This document shows positions 9,078 through 16,843 of a DNA stretch of 64,000 nucleotides, piece by piece. The translations under genes and the position numbers were made by a program. This stretch comes from Candidatus Kaiserbacteria bacterium. GTDB lineage: Bacteria; Patescibacteriota; Minisyncoccia; Phycocordibacterales; UBA2100. The notes under the pieces were generated by a model. The model saw only the letters and a program-made list of their open reading frames with translations. It was not told the DNA's origin and made no database searches. The DNA is taken from NCBI GenBank assembly GCA_017134395.1, contig CP070993.1, forward strand, positions 87,231 to 151,230. The letters are read 5' to 3'. How positions within the stretch are numbered: position 1 is the first letter of the stretch; the number at the start of each line of letters is the position of its first letter.

Positions 9078-10746
9078 ACGGAACAATACGATCGTCTTCT
9101 TCAACACCGGTGAGGATATTTACGAGTCCGTCAATTGTTTCGAGCCCTAAGGTCACAGGAGTTCGTGTTCTCTTTCCATCTCTTAAAACATACACAAACG
9201 CTCCTTCGGCTGTCCGCTCGACGAGCCCAGCTGGAATGACAAGTGCGTCTTCGCTGAGTACCACATTTATCGACACATTCGCTGTCATCCCTGCTTTAAG
9301 TATATTTGCATCCTCTCCGAGAGTTAATGTAACTCCGTATCCTGCGACACCATCAACAATACTTTCTGCTGGATCAATGCGTGTCAGTGTTGCAGGGAAG
9401 GAAATGTCTGAACCATACGCGTCTGTCGTAACATCTGCTACCATACCTTCTTCAATGAGGACAACATCAAGTTCAGACACACGTGCTTCAACTTCAAACG
9501 TTCCATCGGCATCGAGTGTGAGCGCTTGGGTTCCAGTCGTGACGAGTTCGCCTTTTTCCACAAATCGCTCAGTTACAATAGCGTTAAAGGGGGCTCTGAG
9601 TACATGCGTATCAAGTTCCACTGCAGCGGATTGAACTGCTGATTCTTGTGCTCGTATTTTTGCACGCTGTGTTGAAACGTCTTCGATACGCGGCCCGGCG
9701 CTTGAAAGGTCGAGTTCTTGTGTGCTCACTGCAAGGCTCGTTTGGGCTGAGATATAGGCTTCGCGTTTTGTAGACAAAGATGCGAGAGCTGTTTGTATAT
9801 TTGCTCGGTCTATGCTCACGTTCGCAACATAGGTATTAATGTCAGTTTGGGAGAGATTGCTACTGAGGGACAAAACGCCAGTATATGTACCCAGATCTTG
9901 AAAGAACGAAGTTGTTCGAACTAGATTATTTCTTGCAGTCTGTGCCAGCGCCGCAAAGTCAGGCTCAGTGGTAGTATCAAATACAGCAGCAATTGCAGCA
10001 CCAAGAAGGTTTTGTACCGAAAGGGCACTGTTTATGTTGCGGGCACCTTCGCTTTTAGTAAACGATTGCCATTTCTTCAAAACCGAAACTTCATTTTTCC
10101 AAGATTTGAGCAGCGCGTTCATTTGCAGGTGTTCATTCTCTAATTCGATTTCAAGTGAGCGATTGGTTGTTGTGTATTTGATTGTTGGAGTGTTTGAGTC
10201 GGGGTCGTTAAACAAAGGTTTAGCCGTACGTTCCATTGCGGTATCGACAACAGTAACAGCGTTAATTATTGCCGCCACAAGCCCTTCAGTTGATTCTGTA
10301 AGCAGTGCGTTGCTTTGTTCAAGCTGTGCTTGTACCACTGCAACTTCTTCACTTCGATTACCTCCAAGCAATTCGTCAAGGATTGCATTTTCTGAATCTA
10401 ACAAAGCGACCTCGCGTTGGTATGCCGCAGTTGCAGCGTCGGCATTAAGGGACGCGATAATACCGTTTCTCATCACAGTGTCACCTACGGTATACGGCAG
10501 ACTCTCAATTTTCCCCGAGCGCTCAAAAGAGAGAATAACTCGTGTTTGGGGTATAACCGCACCGCTAAAAAGAACTTGCTGTTCAAGCGGTTGTCGAACT
10601 ACCGGATACACGACTCCTTCTGTATTTTGCGTAGTTGTGTATATGCTTCCGGCAATAACTAACGGTATTATCACTACGAGCGCGATAAGAACTTCTTTCT
10701 TCGTTAGTATTCTGAAAATAGTATCTACCAATGAGCTGACGTTCAT
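9058..10746 (-). CDS. Membrane-fusion (MacA/HlyD-like) adaptor with long coiled coil
   Basis: N-terminal TM, lipoyl halves (LRAPFNAIV), LKAGMTANV; start set by TACAAT 6 nt upstream. Confidence 0.88.
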   Translation of the reverse strand: MNVSSLVDTIFRILTKKEVLIALVVIIPLVIAGSIYTTTQNTEGVVYPVVRQPLEQQVLFSGAVIPQTRVILSFERSGKIESLPYTVGDTVMRNGIIASLNADAATAAYQREVALLDSENAILDELLGGNRSEEVAVVQAQLEQSNALLTESTEGLVAAIINAVTVVDTAMERTAKPLFNDPDSNTPTIKYTTTNRSLEIELENEHLQMNALLKSWKNEVSVLKKWQSFTKSEGARNINSALSVQNLLGAAIAAVFDTTTEPDFAALAQTARNNLVRTTSFFQDLGTYTGVLSLSSNLSQTDINTYVANVSIDRANIQTALASLSTKREAYISAQTSLAVSTQELDLSSAGPRIEDVSTQRAKIRAQESAVQSAAVELDTHVLRAPFNAIVTERFVEKGELVTTGTQALTLDADGTFEVEARVSELDVVLIEEGMVADVTTDAYGSDISFPATLTRIDPAESIVDGVAGYGVTLTLGEDANILKAGMTANVSINVVLSEDALVIPAGLVERTAEGAFVYVLRDGKRTRTPVTLGLETIDGLVNILTGVEEDDRIVPYEETRN

Positions 10747-10837
10747 GTGGCAATTGTAGCATGTGGTATTTTTGACTACATACCGTTCTTTGGATAAGTG
10801 CCAAAAGATGCTCACTGATTTTTAATTACGAATCGTT

Positions 10838-11260
10838 CTATGCACTTGATTGATGAGGGTTCTGTTTTAAGGCCTCTCTAATAAGGCGTGTAAGAACGCC
10901 TATGTGTATATCTTCCAACTTCTTAATATAGAGACACCCAACACCTCTTTTGTAGGTGCCAAGTTTTTCTAATAATGGCGCTAGCGCGTCTAAGTCACAG
11001 GTAAGATACAGTGAAATTGAATCCTTTCGATTACTAAAACCAATTTTCATCCAATCACCTTCTCGTCCAGAAGGATATTTGTAATGGTATTCATCAAAGC
11101 CAACTATACTGGCGCCCCACATTTTGGGCTTCTTTTTACTCAGTGTTTGCATTAGTTTCGCAATAGCTTTGCAGTCCCTTCTTCTTTCGGGGTCCTTGAT
11201 GGCGTTTAAATATTTTGCAGGACTCAGGTTTGTTTTTTGTGTTTTGTTTTGATTTTTCAT
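10838..11260 (-). CDS. DUF1801 family protein
   Basis: PKMWGASIVGF...GFSNRK...GCLYIKKL. Confidence 0.85.
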   Translation of the reverse strand: MKNQNKTQKTNLSPAKYLNAIKDPERRRDCKAIAKLMQTLSKKKPKMWGASIVGFDEYHYKYPSGREGDWMKIGFSNRKDSISLYLTCDLDALAPLLEKLGTYKRGVGCLYIKKLEDIHIGVLTRLIREALKQNPHQSSA

Positions 11261-11300
11261 ATGTGAAGTGTAACAAAGTCTAAATTTCAAAATATCCTAT

Positions 11301-11585
11301 TTAGGAGCCTGCCCAAGGAGTCCCGAAGAGGCCAACTCCTAGTTCAGCCCATGTAAGAAGGATTACTATAACAATACTAATGCCAATTATCCGTCCAATA
11401 GTGGATGCGTCTTTTCTTCGTATGAGGAATTGGTAGGAGAACCCAACTATCAGTAGCAAGACACCAGCAATAATAAAATCAGCAAGACCCCAAACTACGT
11501 GGTCAGTAAATTGCATTGCCAAAAGTGGCACACACAGCACAAGGAGCGTACTAAATAGTACAGTTAAAATTTTTGTGAGGTACAT
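11301..11585 (-). CDS. Small membrane protein
   Basis: Three TM segments; WAELGVGLFG motif. Confidence 0.75.
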   Translation of the reverse strand: MYLTKILTVLFSTLLVLCVPLLAMQFTDHVVWGLADFIIAGVLLLIVGFSYQFLIRRKDASTIGRIIGISIVIVILLTWAELGVGLFGTPWAGS

Positions 11586-11598
11586 ATGTATATTGTAA

Positions 11599-12177
11599 CT
11601 ACCAAAGCGCCTTTATGACAACTTTCTGTAGATTCGGTAATACGTCTTCCTTAAACCATGGATTCTTTTTTTGCCAAATATTGTTCCGTGGAGATGGGTG
11701 TACAAGCGGAAAGTATTCTGGAAGATAGTCTTTGTATGCACGTACTGTTTTGGTAAGTGTTTCTTTTCGGTTTTCCTCTAGGTAATGTGTCTGAGCATAT
11801 TGCCCAATAAGAATTGTTAGTTTGATATGTGTCATACATGCAAGTATTTTTGGGTGCCATTTTGCTGCAAAGTCTTTTCGAGGAGGCATGTCACCGTGCT
11901 CTTTACTTCCGGGAAAATAAAAATCCATGGGCACAAGCGCTATCTTGGCCTTATCGTAAAAGGTATCTCTATTGATGTTCATCCATGTGCGTAGATTGTC
12001 GCCACTTTTATCATTCCAGGGAACAGTACTTTCTTGTGCGATATGCCCAGGAGCTTGCCCGATGATCAGAATTCGCGCGTCTTCATTGGCAGTGTATACC
12101 GGCACCCATCCCTTTTTGGTAAAAGATGAATTAGCCGAATCGTTAATTATTGACTTTCGTATAACATCGAGTGTCAT
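11599..12177 (-). CDS. Uracil-DNA glycosylase superfamily protein
   Basis: IIGQAPG, PWNDKSG and HPSPRN motifs. Confidence 0.9.
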   Translation of the reverse strand: MTLDVIRKSIINDSANSSFTKKGWVPVYTANEDARILIIGQAPGHIAQESTVPWNDKSGDNLRTWMNINRDTFYDKAKIALVPMDFYFPGSKEHGDMPPRKDFAAKWHPKILACMTHIKLTILIGQYAQTHYLEENRKETLTKTVRAYKDYLPEYFPLVHPSPRNNIWQKKNPWFKEDVLPNLQKVVIKALW

Positions 12178-12203
12178 GTTAGTCTAGTATATTAATTTCA
12201 AAT

Positions 12204-12395
12204 TTACTCAACGTTAGGAGCAGGACACTTTTTGTTCGCATACTCACAAATGACACAGCAATTTTTGCTTCCTTTTGGTACGGATATCATTTCCCTGCAT
12301 TTTTCGCACGTATGAAATGCAAGACAACCTGTTTGAGGTACCGCTATTTCCTGTACGTGTTTACAGTAAGGGCAAATTAGATTTGCTTTATTCAT
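12204..12395 (-). CDS. Cys-rich GDCCVxC-like domain protein
   Basis: CPYC...CEKC...CCVIC...CP. Confidence 0.75.
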   Translation of the reverse strand: MNKANLICPYCKHVQEIAVPQTGCLAFHTCEKCREMISVPKGSKNCCVICEYANKKCPAPNVE

Positions 12396-12437
12396 TCGCA
12401 AAGTATACCAAAAGTTCGAACATGTCGTTTGGACATA

Positions 12438-12510
12438 AAAAATAACCCTTTGGTTAAGAGTTATTTTGTTTGCTCCGCGCAGTGGACGACACTAGAACAT
12501 TTTGCTGAGA
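12438..12510 (-). other. Possible att-like relic: short copy of tRNA-Asn 3' end plus hairpin
   Basis: GCTCCGCG (12472-12479) is shared with the tRNA 3' end and sits next to an AAAATAAC...GTTATTTT hairpin, the same layout as at the tRNA. Confidence 0.4.
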
Positions 12511-12586
12511 TAAAAGAAAAGCCACTGATAAATCGTGGCTAATCAGTGGTTTTGTCCGTATCTTCGACTACTCAATAGTCTTAGAA

Positions 12587-12925
12587 TTACATGCGCGAAA
12601 ATACGTTTTTTTCATTGTACATGTGAGAGGGGATAGCATCGTCTGAATTATTTGGAGGGAACTCTGTACCAATCTTAGTTACTTTACTCCCCTTTTTTTC
12701 TTCAAAAAGTGACACCACGTCTTCCAACTTAGTTGTTGGGATGGGACCAGACGCATCTGCACCTATGAAGGTGTCTTTGACCTCCTCGCCCATATCAATG
12801 ACCCATACTTCATGTCCCAATCTAGGGCTAAGCCCTGATGGTCGAGATGAGACAAAATGAACTACCAGATAGTGACCTGTGTAATGAGGTCCTGGTTCCA
12901 CTTGAAACTTTCGTGTTGTACTCAT
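12587..12925 (-). CDS. Orphan 112-aa protein (SD-led cassette)
   Basis: Start MSTTRK; TTGACA-17-CATTAT promoter, AAGGA SD, downstream hairpin at about 12518-12553. Confidence 0.7.
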   Translation of the reverse strand: MSTTRKFQVEPGPHYTGHYLVVHFVSSRPSGLSPRLGHEVWVIDMGEEVKDTFIGADASGPIPTTKLEDVVSLFEEKKGSKVTKIGTEFPPNNSDDAIPSHMYNEKNVFSRM

Positions 12926-13062
12926 TTCTTCGGTTTCCTTCTGTTGAGCAGGATCTGAATAGATAATGCCACATACTAATACTTTTGTCAATAGATGTTT
13001 CCGTAGCAACTTTCTTTGTGTATGCAGTTTACTGGCATTAAAAGCAAAAGTATTCCTATAAT

Positions 13063-13206
13063 GCAGGATTTGGCTACCTTTGCTAAGTATTTTGTTCGTG
13101 GGCTCCAAAATTCCAAGTGACGCGACCCCGCCGTCGCCGACAAGCCTACTTCACTACGTTTCATATTTTGTATACCAGCGACTCTTTTCGAATCCTGCCG
13201 CAGAGA
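13063..13206 (-). repeat. Structured tRNA-associated element with T-arm-like terminal inverted repeats
   Basis: GCAGGATTTG/CGAATCCTGC ends; internal GTCGCTGG/TCGGCGAC stem; GAAGTAGGCTTG motif. Confidence 0.6.
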
Positions 13207-13209
13207 GAC

Positions 13210-13248
13210 CCAAAACGACCCCAATGTTCTCACACTGGGGTCGTTTGG
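13210..13248 (-). terminator. Hairpin after tRNA-Asn
   Basis: AAACGACCCCA...TGGGGTCGTTT inverted repeat. Confidence 0.75.
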
Positions 13249-13251
13249 CTC

Positions 13252-13326
13252 TGGCTCCGCGGACAGGATTCGAACCTGTGACCTACCCGTTAACAGCGGG
13301 TTGCTCTACCGCTGAGCTACCGCGGA
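13252..13326 (-). tRNA. tRNA-Asn(GTT)
   Basis: Cloverleaf; anticodon loop CTGTTAA; GGTTCGAATCC; encoded CCA. Confidence 0.97.
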
Positions 13327-13444
13327 ATGTTTAAACGTCGAAACGTTTCGGTATGAGTTCCTTTCGGAACTGAGGCGTATTCTACACGACCTAACGCGTT
13401 TTTCAATGCAGAACGGTCGTATACAAAAATGGTATGATGAAGGA

Positions 13445-13912
13445 ATGGAAGAGATGAAAATAACAAGTCCAGCTTTTGAGAACAATAACTTGATACCAAG
13501 TGTCTATACGTGCGACGGAGAAAATATTTCACCAGAGTTACATATAGAAAATGTGCCAGCAGAAGCACAATCACTAGTATTAATAATGGAAGATCCTGAT
13601 GTTCCAACTTTCGTTCGCGAAGATGGTATGTGGGATCACTGGATTGTATTTAACATACCACCTGAAACCAAAGTAATACGAGAAAGAGAAGAGCCTAAAG
13701 GAGTACTTGGGTTGAACACAGGAAACAAACTTGGATACGGAGGTCCATGTCCGCCTGATGCTGAGCACAGGTATTTCTTCATGCTGTACGCACTCGATAC
13801 TGTTCTTGATGGTGAAGAAGGTATTACAAAAGAAGCGGTACGAATGCTGATGAAGCATCACATACTTGCGAAAGCAGAACTTATGGGACGGTATAAAAGA
13901 ATTGAAAAGTAA
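13445..13912 (+). CDS. YbhB/YbcL (PEBP) family protein
   Basis: TCDGENISP, DPDVP, HWIVFNIP, GPCPP, HRYFF. Confidence 0.93.
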   Translation: MEEMKITSPAFENNNLIPSVYTCDGENISPELHIENVPAEAQSLVLIMEDPDVPTFVREDGMWDHWIVFNIPPETKVIREREEPKGVLGLNTGNKLGYGGPCPPDAEHRYFFMLYALDTVLDGEEGITKEAVRMLMKHHILAKAELMGRYKRIEK

Positions 13913-13915
13913 AAT

Positions 13916-14152
13916 ATGAAACTCTATTACCGACCAACGTGCCCATATTGTATTAAGGTTGTTCTGTTTGCACGTGAAAATGATATTGCTATTGATTTGC
14001 GCGACATAAGTACAAATGAGGCTGATTATAATGAACTGCTTTCACTCGGGGGTAAACAGCAAGTACCTTTTCTTGTTGACGAAAAAGCCGGAGTTAGTAT
14101 GTATGAAAGTGATGACATCATTGCGTACCTAAAAGAGACTCATGGAAAGTAG
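13916..14152 (+). CDS. Glutaredoxin-like protein
   Basis: CPYC, QVPFL, YESDDI. Confidence 0.9.
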   Translation: MKLYYRPTCPYCIKVVLFARENDIAIDLRDISTNEADYNELLSLGGKQQVPFLVDEKAGVSMYESDDIIAYLKETHGK

Positions 14153-14372
14153 GGTAGTGTACGCCAAAGTGTTTCCGAGTTCTAAAAAAGAGAAGGTACT
14201 GACTGATGGTAAAAATTCTTTCGAGGTATACATACGCGAACCTGCACAACGTAACTTAGCAAATCAGCGAACTCGTGAATGCATAGCTGAGCATTACAAG
14301 ATTCCCGTTGAGCATGTAAGTATACAAACCGGGCACCGCGCTCGTAAAAAATCGTTTATAATAAAGGAGTAG
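14142..14372 (+). CDS. DUF167/YggU family protein
   Basis: VFPSSK...EPAQRNLAN...GHRARKK. Confidence 0.8.
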   Translation: MESRVVYAKVFPSSKKEKVLTDGKNSFEVYIREPAQRNLANQRTRECIAEHYKIPVEHVSIQTGHRARKKSFIIKE

Positions 14373-14396
14373 GTTTACTAATGTAATAAAACTACT

Positions 14397-14762
14397 ATGA
14401 ACATAGAATATAAGGCACCAACGATTGAGTTAACAGACGAAATACGTGCATACGCAGAAGAAAAGGTGGATATGCTTTGTAAACTATTGCATGCAGTTGA
14501 TGACGAAAATATTCGTGCAGAAATAGGATTGCAGCGAAAACAGGGGCAACAAACGGGAAGTGATATTTTTCGAGCGGACATAACTATTCACGCAGGGGTA
14601 GACCGTACACATGCAGTTGGTAGAGGTGAAACATTGCACGCTGCACTCGATGAAGCAAAAGATGAGCTCTCCCGAAGATTGCGAAGAGGGAAGACGAAAC
14701 GATTAGATTCGCTACGAGAAGGAGGTTTGAAAATAAAAAAGATGTTGAGATTTTGGGAATAA
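14397..14762 (+). CDS. hpf: Ribosome hibernation factor HPF/RaiA
   Basis: IELTDEIRAYAEEKV...LHAALDEAKDELSRRL. Confidence 0.88.
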   Translation: MNIEYKAPTIELTDEIRAYAEEKVDMLCKLLHAVDDENIRAEIGLQRKQGQQTGSDIFRADITIHAGVDRTHAVGRGETLHAALDEAKDELSRRLRRGKTKRLDSLREGGLKIKKMLRFWE

Positions 14763-14794
14763 TATTTTTGGAAACGTTATCGGCAGCGTATATT

Positions 14795-15010
14795 CTAATA
14801 CACGTCGTCATCAGTGCTTTTTACTTCCATTTTCGTTTTATCTCGAAAAACAACAGTTGCTAGCCAGCCATCTTTTGCTTGTTCGATTGCACTAAGACGG
14901 AACGGCTTCTTCTGACGATTCACTGGAAGCTTGTGAGTTATTTCTTCTTTTATACGCACTAGCTCTAGTGCGTTAAAGTTTTGGATTTGATTGTTAGGAT
15001 TCTCTCGCAT
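14795..15010 (-). CDS. Hypothetical 71-aa protein
   Basis: ORF directly downstream of fmt on the same strand. Confidence 0.55.
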   Translation of the reverse strand: MRENPNNQIQNFNALELVRIKEEITHKLPVNRQKKPFRLSAIEQAKDGWLATVVFRDKTKMEVKSTDDDVY

Positions 15011-15019
15011 ACAACTTAT

Positions 15020-15868
15020 CTAATTTTGCATGAATGAATCATACGACATTTTATTTTTCCCTTCGGGAATAACTTCATCGATTATGAGTTCATCGTTTTC
15101 AATATGAGCTGATGCGATATTGATACGTACGTCTTTGCCGTCACGTTCTGTGAAAAAGTATGCATTTGGCCAGCCACGGTATGCATGAATTTTCAGCAGG
15201 TTTGTATATGGATCCTCAACAAGATTGATTAAACCATCCTCTTTAGTAAACAATCTACAATAAGTGGCTTGTTCGTGATCTTGCTCGTATGGCGATATTT
15301 CACCCGAGACGTATTTTGGAAGAACATCTGCAAGTAATGCACCACCGCGAACAAAGAGATACTCATCGAGCTCTTTTGCGTTCGGCGGCCACGTTGGTGG
15401 TGTATATTTCTCCTGAACAAGAATTGGGCCATGATCCATTTTTTCATCAATTTTCATAACAGTTACACCAGTGTTCTTTTCGTCTTGGAGTATCGCGCTA
15501 CGAACTGGTGAAGGTCCCCGAAACTTTGGAAGCAGTGATGGGTGTACGTTAAGAATGCCTTTTTGAGGGATATCAATTACTGACTGGGGGAGTATTTTTC
15601 CGTACGCAACAACGATAAATACTACAGATCCTTGTTCTTTGAGTACTTGTGCTGTGTGTTCATCGAATACTTCGGGTTCTAGTGTTGGAATAGCATTTTC
15701 TTGCGTCCACACTTTTACTGGTGATGGGGTAAGTTTCAAGCCACGCCCAACTGGCTTATCTGGCGCCGTAACAACAAGTGATGGAAGGTGCCCTTCTTTT
15801 TTGAGCTCCTCAAGAACGAGTGTGGCGAGCTTTGGAGTGCCAAAGAATACAAAGGGAATGTTTTTCAT
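15020..15868 (-). CDS. fmt: Methionyl-tRNA formyltransferase
   Basis: FFGTP, PDKPVGRG, NVHPSLLPKFRG, MDHGPI. Confidence 0.97.
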   Translation of the reverse strand: MKNIPFVFFGTPKLATLVLEELKKEGHLPSLVVTAPDKPVGRGLKLTPSPVKVWTQENAIPTLEPEVFDEHTAQVLKEQGSVVFIVVAYGKILPQSVIDIPQKGILNVHPSLLPKFRGPSPVRSAILQDEKNTGVTVMKIDEKMDHGPILVQEKYTPPTWPPNAKELDEYLFVRGGALLADVLPKYVSGEISPYEQDHEQATYCRLFTKEDGLINLVEDPYTNLLKIHAYRGWPNAYFFTERDGKDVRINIASAHIENDELIIDEVIPEGKNKMSYDSFMQN

Positions 15869-15966
15869 AGTGTGAATAGTAGTGTATGCAAATAAGTATG
15901 CAAGTAAAATGTATGAGGGTGCTACCTACTCAGTAATTATAAGAATATCTATTCTTGGGTTTTATG

Positions 15967-16121
15967 TAGATATGTAAATGCGCCATGACTCCGAGGGGAT
16001 AGAGAAGTCATGGCGCAACAGGCAACCGCCATAGGGGACAGAAGCTGCCTGCCATTTGTGTGTACGCCTTGTTGAAGCTTCCGGGGGGACGAAATTCAAC
16101 AAAAACACACAAATTACATCT
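15967..16121 (-). ncRNA. Candidate three-hairpin sRNA with UCCCC loops
   Basis: Three stems whose irregular pairs are mostly G-U on the minus strand; TTGAGG-16-(TGn)TAGACT promoter at 16128-16155. Confidence 0.75.
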
Positions 16122-16144
16122 AATAGCAGTCTAACAAAATACAA

Positions 16145-16678
16145 TTATTCCTCAAGGGGATTCATGTCTTGATCAACTGCAATAACAGTTGTTGCATGGT
16201 CGGTATAGAGGATGCCATTGAGGTGATCGATTTCGTGTTGAAATACTTGTGCTAAAAAACTCGATGCACCACGCTGTTGTTTTTCTCCCTGTTCGTCGTA
16301 GTAAGAAATAGTTATCTTTTCGTGGCGCACAACTTTTATACCGTACTTAAATGGAACAGAGAGACAGCCTTCGTCACCAGAGCGCATTTTTTTTGAAGCC
16401 TTTAGTATTTCTGGATTTATAAATACTTGATCAGGGTACTTCTTTGCATCGTACTCTTGGCCTTCTCGTGATGCATAGACTTTTCCACCCACTATAAAAA
16501 TGCGAACAGATTCTCCAATTTGAGGGGCTGCAATAGCTACACCAAATTTTTCTGATGCCAATGTGTCTTTCATGTCTTGTATGATCCCTTGAATACGAGG
16601 TGTTTGTATTTCACCTTCAGAAACTTCTTTAGATACTGTACGCAGTATGTCGTTTCCATCATGAATAATCTCTTTCAT
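16145..16678 (-). CDS. def: Peptide deformylase
   Basis: GVAIAAPQIG, EGCLS, QHEIDHLNG. Confidence 0.97.
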   Translation of the reverse strand: MKEIIHDGNDILRTVSKEVSEGEIQTPRIQGIIQDMKDTLASEKFGVAIAAPQIGESVRIFIVGGKVYASREGQEYDAKKYPDQVFINPEILKASKKMRSGDEGCLSVPFKYGIKVVRHEKITISYYDEQGEKQQRGASSFLAQVFQHEIDHLNGILYTDHATTVIAVDQDMNPLEE

Positions 16679-16747
16679 ATCAAGACTATAGCGCGATATG
16701 GGTCACAAAAAAAGTGTTTGCTGTTTTAGGGTGGCTTGGTAGAGCTC

Positions 16748-16837
16748 TTCTAAACGCCACCACAAGAATACTTCCATTATTTCTAAATACTGCGTATTAA
16801 GAAAAATTGGTCGCTCGGTCAATTGAGGCGTTTAGAA
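16748..16837. repeat. REP-like palindrome interrupted by the 56-nt element
   Basis: Without 16758-16813 it reads TTCTAAACGCCTC-GGTCAATT-GAGGCGTTTAGAA. Confidence 0.75.
16758..16813 (-). mobile_element. 56-nt hairpin mini-element, copy 2
   Basis: CACCACAAGAATACTTC...TGGTCG, 56 nt. Confidence 0.75.
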
Positions 16838-16843
16838 ACAAAC

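Noticed and set aside
9110-10759. Long antisense ORFs (174 and 263 aa) and similar ones at 39788-40399 and 49746-50366
   Set aside because: Shadow frames of well-supported genes on the opposite strand
12204-12395. Selenoprotein recoding in the GDCCVxC-like gene
   Set aside because: No in-frame TGA; all positions are Cys codons
12400-12425. Third att-like relic around GTTCGAAC
   Set aside because: Only an 8-bp palindrome within a promoter region; too little evidence
13080-13334. 84-aa ORF ending LAPRTGFEPVTYPLTAGCSTAELPRNV
   Set aside because: Antisense translation of tRNA-Asn and the structured element
15967-16121. CsrB/RsmZ-like GGA-loop RNA on the plus strand, 6S RNA, or the 60-aa ORF 15962-16144
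   Set aside because: G-U pairs and the promoter favour the minus strand; three separate hairpins do not fit the 6S rod; the ORF has a weak start and no motif
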